Positions 39,629-49,433 of a stretch of DNA of 64,000 bases are shown here, piece after piece; position 1 is the first letter of the stretch, and each line of letters opens with the position of its first letter. The notes beneath the pieces were generated by a model. That model saw only the letters and a list, made by a program, of their open reading frames with translations, was not told where the DNA came from and searched no databases. Source of the stretch: a virus. Lineage: Duplodnaviria > Heunggongvirae > Uroviricota > Caudoviricetes. The translations under genes and the position numbers were made by a program. The DNA lies in IMG/VR virus record IMGVR_UViG_3300037882_002341, positions 64,958-128,957 of that record, one strand, 5' to 3'.

Positions 39629-40290
39629 TGACCCTCCCAAATGATGGTATTCTTGTAACCCCAGGTTCTGGTGCGACAGTAGCTACACATCTTGTTGGTA
39701 CCAAAGAGTACCAAACAATGATGCAAGCAGATAGCAGTGGTCACATAATGGGATCACTTGAGACATATTTCTACTCAACTCCAGCCGCAGCAGTAGGAGC
39801 AGATAAACTATATCTAGATCTATTCAATGGTGTTGGTTCAGGTAAGGTTATTGGTATTAGAGGTATTTGGGCTATACCAAAGACAGACGTAGCTGTAACA
39901 GGAGCACTAGCTATTCGTGTTGATCTATATAGGACATCGGCTGTAGGTACGGGGGGTACAGCAGCGGCTTATAAGAGTGCGACCCGTGACGTTGCCGGAG
40001 GATGCATTACGCCCTCGGACACAGCCAATTCAACCTTACCATCACAAATAACAGCCAGACATCTCCCATCCGGAGGAGCAACAATATCAGAATGGATCTT
40101 CCCCGCTTTCTTGATAGGGGAAGAAACAGCCACATCAATGGCCTATTTGACACAATATCAAAATCTTATGCCTTGTCTAATGTCTGTACAAAAATGGACC
40201 ATCAGAGAGGGGCAAGGCCTACTCTTAAAACAGGGGTCTGTGGCTTCCGTCGGAAACGTAATGTTCTTAATAGCTTTTACACTAGAGTAA
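39628..40290 (+). CDS. Hypothetical virion protein
   Basis: 220-aa ORF, TAATG-coupled. Confidence 0.65.
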   Translation: MTLPNDGILVTPGSGATVATHLVGTKEYQTMMQADSSGHIMGSLETYFYSTPAAAVGADKLYLDLFNGVGSGKVIGIRGIWAIPKTDVAVTGALAIRVDLYRTSAVGTGGTAAAYKSATRDVAGGCITPSDTANSTLPSQITARHLPSGGATISEWIFPAFLIGEETATSMAYLTQYQNLMPCLMSVQKWTIREGQGLLLKQGSVASVGNVMFLIAFTLE

Positions 40291-40293
40291 AAT

Positions 40294-40557
40294 ATGAGTT
40301 TACTTTTACTTCTTAAAAGTAGCGGCCCTAGTTTTCCCGTACAGTACTCTGGTTTAAGAGCCTATTTTCAAGGTTCAGTTAAAGAACTGTGTTTAGTAAT
40401 TGAGGATGATGCGCCACCAGGAATAGGCGGGGTGCCAATAATAAATAAGAATGGTATACTCTACGCTATCTATCTGGTGGAAGCTGACGATCCCAACGCC
40501 AGCCCCATTAGAATTAGAACAACCTTAGGTACTAAGGCTATACGACTTAAGACATGA
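40294..40557 (+). CDS. Hypothetical protein
   Basis: 87-aa ORF in the fibre cluster. Confidence 0.6.
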   Translation: MSLLLLLKSSGPSFPVQYSGLRAYFQGSVKELCLVIEDDAPPGIGGVPIINKNGILYAIYLVEADDPNASPIRIRTTLGTKAIRLKT

Positions 40558-40563
40558 TATAAT
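40555..40563 (+). promoter_or_regulatory. Extended -10 element (TGnTATAAT)
   Basis: Exact TGATATAAT at the start of a 37-nt intergenic gap, about 30 nt before the 1668-aa gene; no consensus -35. Confidence 0.4.
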
Positions 40564-40594
40564 CTAGCTTACTTTATCTCCGGAGAAAAATAGC

Positions 40595-43500
40595 ATGGCC
40601 AATGGCAATCCTCTGTCTGTAACCATTTTAGCCTCAGGTATTGAGGCTGAAATTGAATTTGAGTCCGATGGAGCCATGGGGCTCAATGGTACCTATCTTT
40701 TTGATACAGCGGGTGGTGTATCAACATTTGATGCTAAGCCCGTTCTCACAAGCTGGGCTTCTGCCAAAATAGTATTTACTGTCACATCTGAATCCTATGA
40801 TGATCTCGGAGCTCTTACCACAGCAGTCAGGACAGTAAGAGGCACCAGGGCCAGGATGAAGGCTTACCCCAATAATGCCACAGCTGAAGAGAGGCTAAAC
40901 GGAACCAATGTTATTGTTACGATAACCCTAGACGAGCCTATTTATAATGATGATAAGAATGGTGGAGCAGGAACATCCGGGGTCAATCCTACGGTAACAC
41001 TTCTTTCTGGTGTTTATACCCAAAACTCTATAGCATCTACATCGGTCTCTGGTTTCGCGGTAACCAATAACTCAACCCTTGATTATCCAAAGACCTTTGG
41101 TCGCTTTGCAAGCATCCCATTCGAGAATATCACGGGTCCATTTAACGTAGAAGCCCTGTGTGTAAACTTCTTTGCACGTGAAGGTAGACCATGTAGGGTT
41201 GTTAAGTTTGTTGCAAGTGACGGAACAAACACCGAGACCGTTCTTGTTACAGCTATGACAAAATCATCCTATGATGATACACCGCTTTACGTAGCAACTT
41301 TTAACACAGGAGACTTCACGGCAGCCAGTGTACTTACCGTTGATATCACTGCCTACCCATGGTTTGGTGATGCCGACTCTGTGTTTGACACCACAGGCAT
41401 CCCAATGCCAAGCCTAAGTCCCACCTCCCTAACACTACTGTGTGAATATCCTATAACCTACGCATCAGTTGACTGGAATAGCGATATTCTAGGTAGCTTG
41501 ACAAGTGGTGTTTTCGTAGACCGCGAGTCTCTTACACAAGCCGGTTCAAGTGCCACGGCCATAGCCGTGGGCTCAGGAGTGATTGGTTCAGGAGGGGTGC
41601 TACAGGTCTGTGAGGTTTCTACCTCACCAGCTCCTACGAGCACAGGTGTTTGGACAGGCGTAACAAGCGGAGCCACATTTACACCTACAAGTGTACCAAC
41701 CGCAAAGGGCAGTGACACAACAGGTGCCGCTGCATCTACAGAGGCAGCTGCACTTCTTACACCATGTCGTTCTACAAGAGCCGCCATTAACAAGATAAAG
41801 ACTTATAACAACACCAACTACGCTAGAAACAACGCAGACGGAGGTCATGTTGTAATCAAAGCGGGAGATGGCCCATGCGGCGCAGATGTTACAACCACCG
41901 CTGGAACCACAACAAGTGGTGCAGTAACCATACTTCCAGCTACGGGAGTTCTGAAATCAGAAGTTAGGTTTAAGAGAGTTGGAACAGCAGATAATAGCAA
42001 TGGTGTAAACCATATTATCTTTAAGAGCGTAATTGCAAAGTCAAGCAGCGCCAACCTAACCGTACTAAGAGGCGCCTTGTATGGTCTCTTTGATGATGTA
42101 GAGATGCAGGGTCACTCGAGAAGTGCCTCTAACCATATGTTAAGAGCCTTCCAGTATTACTGGTTCAAGGGCTGCAGTATAACCACGTCTCCACATGGAT
42201 ATGGCCTTCACGGAGGAGCCTCACCGAACCACGCCATATTGGTTCGTAATTGCACAGGCACAGATCTAGATACAGCTTTCCTAAGAGAGTCTCTCTGGAA
42301 TATCAATGTGACCTTTACCGATACAGCAACAGGTTCACCACCAGACTATGTTGATTTCGTTACAGAGAGAGAAGATACCTGTGTCTATAGAGCATATGGT
42401 TGGAAGTGCCGCGGTACATTCTGGTCTGGTCAAAGCAATCGCCGTCTTATTGCCAATGTCATGTGGGAGTATGTAGGGGATTCCACAACAAAAGCCTTTG
42501 GTCAGTTCAGTGATGCGAATATTACAGATGCTCTCTTCTGGCATAATACAGGCGCTGGACAGCGCTGGAACGTGCTACAAAACACAGCTCCAAACAATAC
42601 TATCACAGGATTCTCTTCGAAGTTCTCTGCGCATTACTACAATGCTCATAAACACGACGTGTTCGCCTCCGACGGTACCTTGATAGGTTGGTGGTGGACA
42701 ATGTATGGAGTTGGTTGCATGGGCGTTGTGTCTATTAAAGACACATTCCCACCAGCCTATGGTGGTATTAACTTCGATGATAATGTGAGTTATGCCAGCA
42801 TCTGGGAGGATGCTCAGTTCAACTCTGGAGACACACCGGATCCCAACGGAGCCGGAGACGGTGATTACACACCTGTGGAGGATGGACCTCTAGCCGATAA
42901 GATCCCAGCGGGCTTTGCGGTGCTACCATATGATATTAATGGAGTGGTAATTCCAAACGATGGTACTGGATATGCCGGAGCTATAGCATTTGGCACAGCA
43001 ATAATACTTCCTCCAGATATATCTTATACATCACCACAAGTTCTTATTCAAAACGTATTTGCATCCATTACACCAACCAATCTTGGTGATGCCATCCCTC
43101 CGGGTGGCTGGGTTGTAACAACAGGCACTTTGCCAACAGGACTTACGATCAACGCAGACACAGGGGTGATATCTGGAACTCCTACCGTTCAGGGTACCTC
43201 TCAGGTAACAATTACTGCAACTAATACAGCGGGATTTGATACGGCTGTTATTGATTTTGATATTGATCCACCCGCGATACCAGCGCCAAATATCAGCTAT
43301 ACAACACCACAGAATCTCACCGAAGACACACCTGTATCTCCAATCAACCCAACCAACACGGGTGGTGCTGTGCCCGTAGGTGGCTATACCATTAACGCAG
43401 GATCTCTTCCAACGGGTCTAGCTCTAGATGCAGACACAGGTTCTATTACAGGAACACCTACACTAAATGGCACATACCAAGCAACCATTAGGGCCACAAA

Positions 43501-45601
43501 CTCTGGTGGTTCAGACGACTTCGTAATAGACTTCAACGTAGCCCTTGCTCTACCAAATATCACATACTCAACACCACAAGTAATAACTGTAAACTCAGCC
43601 TATTCTACGGATCCAACAAATATAGGCGGAGACATTCCCAATGCTGGTTGGTCTGTGTTATCCGGAAGCTTACCTACAGGGTTAATACTCAACGTAGACA
43701 CAGGTACCATTTCGGGTACACCAACAGTACAAGGAGACTTTACTCCAACCATTCGAGCAACCAATGCCACAGGATCAGATGACTTCGCAATAGAATTCAC
43801 AGTCTCTGCCACCTATACACCTCCAGTCCTTGTTGAGGGCACTGGTTGGCTTGGTTCAACTACAAACCCAGGACAAATAGGCTCGGGACCAGGAGCAACA
43901 TCTATAGCAATAGCTAGATGGAACGTTGTTCAATGGCTAACCATAGACTCATCTCTACGTATTGGTTTAATGGCATTCCATAGAAATAAAATTGAGAGAG
44001 TGGAGTTCTCAATAGACGATGGTCCATGGGCCACGGTTTATGAGCCCACCATTAATCCAGTAACTAATGTACCGGAATATGAAGTTGTTATTGATCCAGC
44101 AACTATGTCAGACGCCTTCCGTGAGATCAGAGCTATTGTTTATCCTGTGATAGGCACCACACGTACCCTTCAGGGAGCCGTACCTGTTCAGAACGGAGCC
44201 CATGATGAAACGGGATTGTGGATTACCACAAACAACTCTGGCACGTTTGATAACGTAATAATCTACTGTGATATAGTAAATGGCAATGACACTACAGGCA
44301 CAGGCAGTAGTGGCAATCCTTATAAAACCATTCAAAAGGCGCAGCAATCTGTTCCACAGATTGCTAATGCTTCTACACCAACAGGTGCAGCGGACAATTC
44401 AACAATAAGACTTAGAGCTGGTACTTATGCTGGTGGCTACAGTGGTACGACAAAGCCCAACACTCTTAATGGATGGATGACCATCGAAGCAGATGCAGCA
44501 TCCGGTGCCACAAAGGCCAATGTCATTATTGATACAGTAGTCAACGCAACTAGAACAAGATTGACTAGATGGCGTGATGTCCACTTCAAGCTTGGTCAGC
44601 CAAACAACTGGTCAATAGCATCTATATCTGCTAGTAATCAATCACTATGGTTGGATGATTGCAAGATTGAAGGAGCTTTTGAGCCTTCGGCCCAGGCAGT
44701 CCCAGGAAACTCGGTTATCTCTTCGTCGGGTAACTGGAGACAGGTATATGTAACGGACTCAGAGATATTCAACTGCAGCGAGGGATATAACGGATACCAT
44801 CTCGTAAGAGATTCATCTGCGCACCACCTGGTTTCAGATGCCTTCAGTAATTGCAGAATGGTAGTTAAGAGTGACGCGTTCTCTAATAGAGGATTTGGCT
44901 CAGGGGTCCATCCTGACGTATACCAGATCTCAGGCCCCTCAACTCACATACGCAGAAACTGTATCCTATACGGCGTAAGATCATGGGATATTCCACACCA
45001 GGGTCTCTTCCACGATGACATTCAGAAGGTGGAAGATTTTGCTGCCGTGAATTGTCAATTCGCTAGACCTTGGGGAGACGCACTTCCTTCGGGTGGCGAA
45101 AGGTGTCAGTTCCTAATACCAGCAGAACACTACGTGATATGGTATTGCACCTTTGCGCACTATGAGTTTACCTTTGGACAATTGTTCTGGGGCAACGCAA
45201 CAAATATATCCATGCGTCGTTGCCATGCTGGGTACCCAGTAATAGGTGGCACCTGGGCCACAGCCCTAACTGCCCTTAATGCCCTAGATATAGGAGACCT
45301 AACCTGGGAGATCACCAATCCAAGCGGAGCCAATCCCGGTTCACCAAGTGACACCATAGGTGATCCTCTCTTCCTTGATCCGGTTATGTATAATTTCCAT
45401 CCAGACCCCACCTCTGAATTGGTTGGAAGAGTAATTGGAACAGGAACCCCACTCTGGCCATACGATTACGATAATGTAATTAGAGGAGTTCCTGATACTA
45501 TAGGTGCATATTATGTTGCCAGCGCTACTTCTGGAACACAACTATCTATAGTTCTAGTAGCAGTTAATGGCACAGCTGTGTTTCTAACAACTGGTGGTTA
45601 A
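40595..45601 (+). CDS. Large tailspike/adhesin-like protein: two beta-helix modules flanking three putative Ig (He_PIG-like) repeats
   Basis: Three GxLPTGL...DTGxIxGTPT repeats; beta-helix entry motif DIVNGNDTTGTGSSGNPYKTIQKA; GGAG SD. Confidence 0.75.
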   Translation: MANGNPLSVTILASGIEAEIEFESDGAMGLNGTYLFDTAGGVSTFDAKPVLTSWASAKIVFTVTSESYDDLGALTTAVRTVRGTRARMKAYPNNATAEERLNGTNVIVTITLDEPIYNDDKNGGAGTSGVNPTVTLLSGVYTQNSIASTSVSGFAVTNNSTLDYPKTFGRFASIPFENITGPFNVEALCVNFFAREGRPCRVVKFVASDGTNTETVLVTAMTKSSYDDTPLYVATFNTGDFTAASVLTVDITAYPWFGDADSVFDTTGIPMPSLSPTSLTLLCEYPITYASVDWNSDILGSLTSGVFVDRESLTQAGSSATAIAVGSGVIGSGGVLQVCEVSTSPAPTSTGVWTGVTSGATFTPTSVPTAKGSDTTGAAASTEAAALLTPCRSTRAAINKIKTYNNTNYARNNADGGHVVIKAGDGPCGADVTTTAGTTTSGAVTILPATGVLKSEVRFKRVGTADNSNGVNHIIFKSVIAKSSSANLTVLRGALYGLFDDVEMQGHSRSASNHMLRAFQYYWFKGCSITTSPHGYGLHGGASPNHAILVRNCTGTDLDTAFLRESLWNINVTFTDTATGSPPDYVDFVTEREDTCVYRAYGWKCRGTFWSGQSNRRLIANVMWEYVGDSTTKAFGQFSDANITDALFWHNTGAGQRWNVLQNTAPNNTITGFSSKFSAHYYNAHKHDVFASDGTLIGWWWTMYGVGCMGVVSIKDTFPPAYGGINFDDNVSYASIWEDAQFNSGDTPDPNGAGDGDYTPVEDGPLADKIPAGFAVLPYDINGVVIPNDGTGYAGAIAFGTAIILPPDISYTSPQVLIQNVFASITPTNLGDAIPPGGWVVTTGTLPTGLTINADTGVISGTPTVQGTSQVTITATNTAGFDTAVIDFDIDPPAIPAPNISYTTPQNLTEDTPVSPINPTNTGGAVPVGGYTINAGSLPTGLALDADTGSITGTPTLNGTYQATIRATNSGGSDDFVIDFNVALALPNITYSTPQVITVNSAYSTDPTNIGGDIPNAGWSVLSGSLPTGLILNVDTGTISGTPTVQGDFTPTIRATNATGSDDFAIEFTVSATYTPPVLVEGTGWLGSTTNPGQIGSGPGATSIAIARWNVVQWLTIDSSLRIGLMAFHRNKIERVEFSIDDGPWATVYEPTINPVTNVPEYEVVIDPATMSDAFREIRAIVYPVIGTTRTLQGAVPVQNGAHDETGLWITTNNSGTFDNVIIYCDIVNGNDTTGTGSSGNPYKTIQKAQQSVPQIANASTPTGAADNSTIRLRAGTYAGGYSGTTKPNTLNGWMTIEADAASGATKANVIIDTVVNATRTRLTRWRDVHFKLGQPNNWSIASISASNQSLWLDDCKIEGAFEPSAQAVPGNSVISSSGNWRQVYVTDSEIFNCSEGYNGYHLVRDSSAHHLVSDAFSNCRMVVKSDAFSNRGFGSGVHPDVYQISGPSTHIRRNCILYGVRSWDIPHQGLFHDDIQKVEDFAAVNCQFARPWGDALPSGGERCQFLIPAEHYVIWYCTFAHYEFTFGQLFWGNATNISMRRCHAGYPVIGGTWATALTALNALDIGDLTWEITNPSGANPGSPSDTIGDPLFLDPVMYNFHPDPTSELVGRVIGTGTPLWPYDYDNVIRGVPDTIGAYYVASATSGTQLSIVLVAVNGTAVFLTTGG
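43010..43810 (+). repeat. Three tandem approximately 88-aa He_PIG-like Ig repeats
   Basis: P(D/N)I(S/T)Y(T/S)(S/T)PQ...LPTGL.....TG.I(S/T)GTPT..G......ATN..G.D...I.F, seen three times. Confidence 0.85.
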
Positions 45602-46716
45602 TGGCAATAACTGAAAGATATGTAACAACAGGAGCAGCCGGAGGAGGAGACGGTAGCTCAGGATCACCCTGGACTCTTTCAGAGGCGATATCCAATGCAG
45701 CCGCTGGGGATCGTATTAATATAGGTCCAGGCACCTACACCAGGACAGCTACGGATACTTTAACGGCAGATGGCACTGATACCTCTCCTATAGTTTGGAG
45801 AGGTTACACTACAACCATAGGAGATGGTTACCTAGGAAGATCCTCTGGCGGGGCACTCAATGAAACCAATATGCCCATCCTGTCCTATAACTCCACATTT
45901 CGTCTTAATGCCAGCGGTGCAACGCACAACGTATTCGAAAGTCTTGTTATCTCAACAACTAACTCTGCCTCGGCAGTGTTCGTAACAGATGACTCAGGTC
46001 TAATAAATTGTGTAGTAAGACAATTAAGCACCAACGCCGCAGCAGCCGGGGTAGACGGTTCCACAAACATAGAAACATACTTAATAAACTGTGACGTATC
46101 TACAGCTGCGTCTGGAGGAACTTACGCAGTAAGAATGCAAGGTACAGGCTCAACAATAGTTGGCTCTAGAATTAAATGTCCAGGAGGAGCAGGCGTAATA
46201 GTAAGATCGCAAAGTACGGTTGCGCACTGCACCATTTTTGACTGTGGCACAGACGGTATTCAGGTAGACTCATCTACCGCATTACCTTGCATTATCTACA
46301 ATACCATTTACGATTGCACCGCTGATGGTATCAACGTTATTAGCACCACACCAGACCCACAAAGGATAATAGGCAACCATATTACAGACTGCGGGGGTTA
46401 TGGAATTGATTTCACAACAGCTGTTTGCCCAGCCTTCTTAGCGTTCAATAGATTTAGGGACAACGCAAGCGGTAATACAAATGGCGCTGCTGACTGGGTA
46501 ACAGGTATGAACCAAGCTGTTGTAACCACAGACACAGGAGATGCTACTACAGATTTTACCTCTCCAGGCTCAAACTTTGAGTTGATAGCAGCTGCCCCAG
46601 GTGTAAACGTAGGACCAGGCTATAAAAATAATATAGGTGCCAATGGTGAAGCCGATGCGGCAGGAGCCGCTGGTATAATAACCCATCCCGGTATGGTGGG
46701 CGGGATGAGAGGATAA
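45601..46716 (+). CDS. Right-handed parallel beta-helix (pectin-lyase-like) protein
   Basis: YVTTGAAGGGDGSSGSPWTLSEAISNAAAGDRINI and repeated CTIFDCGTDGI / NTIYDCTADGI / NHITDCGGYGI rungs. Confidence 0.8.
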   Translation: MAITERYVTTGAAGGGDGSSGSPWTLSEAISNAAAGDRINIGPGTYTRTATDTLTADGTDTSPIVWRGYTTTIGDGYLGRSSGGALNETNMPILSYNSTFRLNASGATHNVFESLVISTTNSASAVFVTDDSGLINCVVRQLSTNAAAAGVDGSTNIETYLINCDVSTAASGGTYAVRMQGTGSTIVGSRIKCPGGAGVIVRSQSTVAHCTIFDCGTDGIQVDSSTALPCIIYNTIYDCTADGINVISTTPDPQRIIGNHITDCGGYGIDFTTAVCPAFLAFNRFRDNASGNTNGAADWVTGMNQAVVTTDTGDATTDFTSPGSNFELIAAAPGVNVGPGYKNNIGANGEADAAGAAGIITHPGMVGGMRG

Positions 46717-46717
46717 A

Positions 46718-48769
46718 ATGAAGTTTATTTTTAAGAATGGTTCAACAAGTAATATATTAAGAGTATTAATTCTTGATAGTACTAGTACCACAGGAGCAGG
46801 TAAAACTGGCCTCACAGAGGCCAGTTCAGGGCTCATTATAGCCACCATAGCCAACAATGAGGCTACAGCTACAGTTTACACACAGGCCGCAGGCAACGTA
46901 GAAACTATAACCACCCTAGGTACCTTCTCGGCACCCTCTGCAAACAAAGCTAGATTTAAAGAAGTTGATGCCACAAATCTTCCCGGTGTATACGAAATCC
47001 AAATAGCAGACGCCAGATTCGCTGTAGCCAGTGCCAAAGCTCTAGTTGTTATGGTACTAGGAGTATCGGGCATAGTGCCATGTACTCTTGAGATTGAGCT
47101 TATAACAGCAGATCTCTTCGATTCAGTACGTCTGGGCCTAACAGCACTTCCTAACGCAGCAGCGGAGGCCGCAGGTGGTCTCTACACCCGTGGAACAGGC
47201 GCGGGACAGATTAACCAGCCAGCAAACGGTATGGTTGATGTTAATGCCATCAGACACCTAGGTACAGCCTATGCCACCCCAACTTTTGCCGGTGTACCAG
47301 AGGTAGACGTCACACACTGGAGAAACGAAGCTGTCCCTGCCACATTAGTTACAGGCACACCAAAAGTAGACTCTTCTCATTGGCAAGGCGTAGCCGTCGC
47401 CACCCCTTCTATACCAGGTGTTCCAGAAGTGGACGTAACCTACTCAGCAGGATCTCTTGTTACCGGTGGCACACCAGATGTCAACGTTATAAGTCTAAGT
47501 GCAGGAGCCCTTACTTCAATAGCGGCCGGGGTTTGGAACGCCCTTACCTCTGGTATGTCAACTGTTGGTTCTATAGGTAAGAGAATAGTTGATTACCTAA
47601 CAGGAGATATCTACGCGAGAGTAGGCGCACCTGTGGGAGCCAGCATATCTGCAGATATAGCTACGGTTCTGGCTAAGTTGAATAACGGAACAGATGGCCT
47701 CGGGGCCATTATGACATCCGTTACCAACCTTACCGGTAACGTAACAGCCTCACTTATGACACCTAAGGTTTACGAGAGACCAGACACGGGGTCTAAGACA
47801 TACAGAATACTTCTACATCTATTCGACGATATAGGAAACTACGAAGATCCAGATACCAACCTGGTTACCTTTACCGCTCAAAACGATCAAGGCACCGATC
47901 GTAGCTCTAACCTATCTTCGGTAACCAGAGACGCAGCAGGACAATACCGTGTTGACTACACAGTTGCATCCACCCACGCCATTGAAGGTGTAACATTCCT
48001 GGCTGCTTGGACAGAAGCCGCTGTCGCACAGGGAATAGGTGGCTCTACACACGTTGTTGAGCTTACAGCACAAACCTTTACTTCCGCAGACCGCACCAAG
48101 CTTGATACCTTGCACGACACTCGTATACCGGGAGTCATCCAGCCTCAGACAGGAGACTCATTCGCGCGTCTAGGCACACCGGTTGGGGCAAGTATATCAT
48201 CAGACATTGCGGGAATTCAATCAGACACAGACAACATTCAGACACGTATCCCAGCGGCTCTTGTTTCAGGAAGAATGGCTTCCAATGCAGAAGTGGTGGG
48301 AGATAAGACAGGTTATGCCCTTAGTTCGGCGGGTGTCCAAGCCATCTGGGATGCACTAACAAGTGCCCTAACCACAGTTGGTTCTATTGGCAAGAAACTA
48401 GCTGATTGGGTTGTAGGTACCATAGACACCTATACAGGTAACACCAAGCAGACAGGAGATGCCTTCGCCCGTCTAGGAGCCCCTGCAGGCGCCTCTATCG
48501 CAGCAGACATAGCAGACACAGCCACAGCGGCAGAAGTCGCAGTGGAAGTGGCCGATGCTCTTCGTACAGACTCTGGGGCAGAGGTAGCCACCCCACCAGC
48601 CAAGGATGCACCTATAGCTGCCCAATTACAGTGGCTATTCCAGGCCATGAGAAACGGTGGTATAGAAACTCTTACATCACGCAAGACCCTTAATGATGCA
48701 GGAACCGTCACAGGAACCCAGTCGGTAAGTGATGCCAATGATCAGCTAACCGTTGGTAAGGCAACCTAA
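46718..48769 (+). CDS. Putative tail/virion protein with internal repeats
   Basis: Ala/Gly/Thr-rich 683 aa; repeated PEVDVT(H/Y) and TGD.(F/Y)AR.G.P.GASI..DIA units. Confidence 0.65.
   Translation: MKFIFKNGSTSNILRVLILDSTSTTGAGKTGLTEASSGLIIATIANNEATATVYTQAAGNVETITTLGTFSAPSANKARFKEVDATNLPGVYEIQIADARFAVASAKALVVMVLGVSGIVPCTLEIELITADLFDSVRLGLTALPNAAAEAAGGLYTRGTGAGQINQPANGMVDVNAIRHLGTAYATPTFAGVPEVDVTHWRNEAVPATLVTGTPKVDSSHWQGVAVATPSIPGVPEVDVTYSAGSLVTGGTPDVNVISLSAGALTSIAAGVWNALTSGMSTVGSIGKRIVDYLTGDIYARVGAPVGASISADIATVLAKLNNGTDGLGAIMTSVTNLTGNVTASLMTPKVYERPDTGSKTYRILLHLFDDIGNYEDPDTNLVTFTAQNDQGTDRSSNLSSVTRDAAGQYRVDYTVASTHAIEGVTFLAAWTEAAVAQGIGGSTHVVELTAQTFTSADRTKLDTLHDTRIPGVIQPQTGDSFARLGTPVGASISSDIAGIQSDTDNIQTRIPAALVSGRMASNAEVVGDKTGYALSSAGVQAIWDALTSALTTVGSIGKKLADWVVGTIDTYTGNTKQTGDAFARLGAPAGASIAADIADTATAAEVAVEVADALRTDSGAEVATPPAKDAPIAAQLQWLFQAMRNGGIETLTSRKTLNDAGTVTGTQSVSDANDQLTVGKAT
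47220..48520 (+). repeat. Diverged intragenic repeats
   Basis: VDV/PxVD units recur about 5 times (47230-47490). TGD.(F/Y)AR.G.P.GASI..DIA recurs 3 times (about 47600, 48148, 48452). WxALTS...TVGSIGK recurs twice. Confidence 0.7.
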
Positions 48770-49035
48770 TGGCCCTGTCTACTGCCAATAAGAGACGCTC
48801 CGCTTATGGGCTAGGGCTACCTTGGATGAGACTAGGACCCGTTCCAGACGGGTCCATAGCCAATTATCAGGATAGAAGGCATATATTTGGTTGGTTTGCC
48901 TGGGGAACCCTGGTAACAAAGGTCTTCAAGATTCCCCGTAGATCAGAGAACTTACTGGTAGCAGAGAAGAAATCTACAGCACCAGCACCAACAAGGCTAA
49001 GAGACAGGATAACTATAGATTACATTGATCTATAG
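48769..49035 (+). CDS. Hypothetical protein
   Basis: 88 aa, last gene of the + strand operon, TAATG-coupled. Confidence 0.65.
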   Translation: MALSTANKRRSAYGLGLPWMRLGPVPDGSIANYQDRRHIFGWFAWGTLVTKVFKIPRRSENLLVAEKKSTAPAPTRLRDRITIDYIDL

Positions 49036-49038
49036 TCT

Positions 49039-49425
49039 TTAGACTCCAGAACCCTTCTCAAACTCCTCCTGTGCCTTCTTTTTCTCGGCCTCAGTTTGGG
49101 CTGCTCTCCTAGCATGATGCAAACAACTTTCACCATCTTCGATGGCGGCTAAGAAGTTCTCAAGATAGTTAATCATTTTGCGAACTTTAGATTCAATCTC
49201 TCGAATCTCCACTTCGTCACCATAATTCGCAACGACAATCTTTTGATTGCCATCACTTAGGACAAGCGTAAGATCAAGATCAAACTGTATACCATTATGA
49301 CCACTATCCCATCTGCTTAATACAATCGAAGAGGAAATAAAGCTGTCATCTTCCTTCTTCTTATCGCTCAGCCAAGCTCTCTCCTTAATGATAATCTTAG
49401 GATACCCGCTCTTCTTTTTAGCCAC
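49039..49425 (-). CDS. Hypothetical protein
   Basis: 128 aa, GTG start with AGGAG SD. Confidence 0.7.
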   Translation of the reverse strand: MAKKKSGYPKIIIKERAWLSDKKKEDDSFISSSIVLSRWDSGHNGIQFDLDLTLVLSDGNQKIVVANYGDEVEIREIESKVRKMINYLENFLAAIEDGESCLHHARRAAQTEAEKKKAQEEFEKGSGV

Positions 49426-49433
49426 ATTATCTC

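Noticed and set aside
37308-49035. Diversity-generating retroelement acting on fibre genes
   Set aside because: No reverse transcriptase and no near-identical TR/VR pair differing at adenines were seen; the repeats are diverged at all bases.
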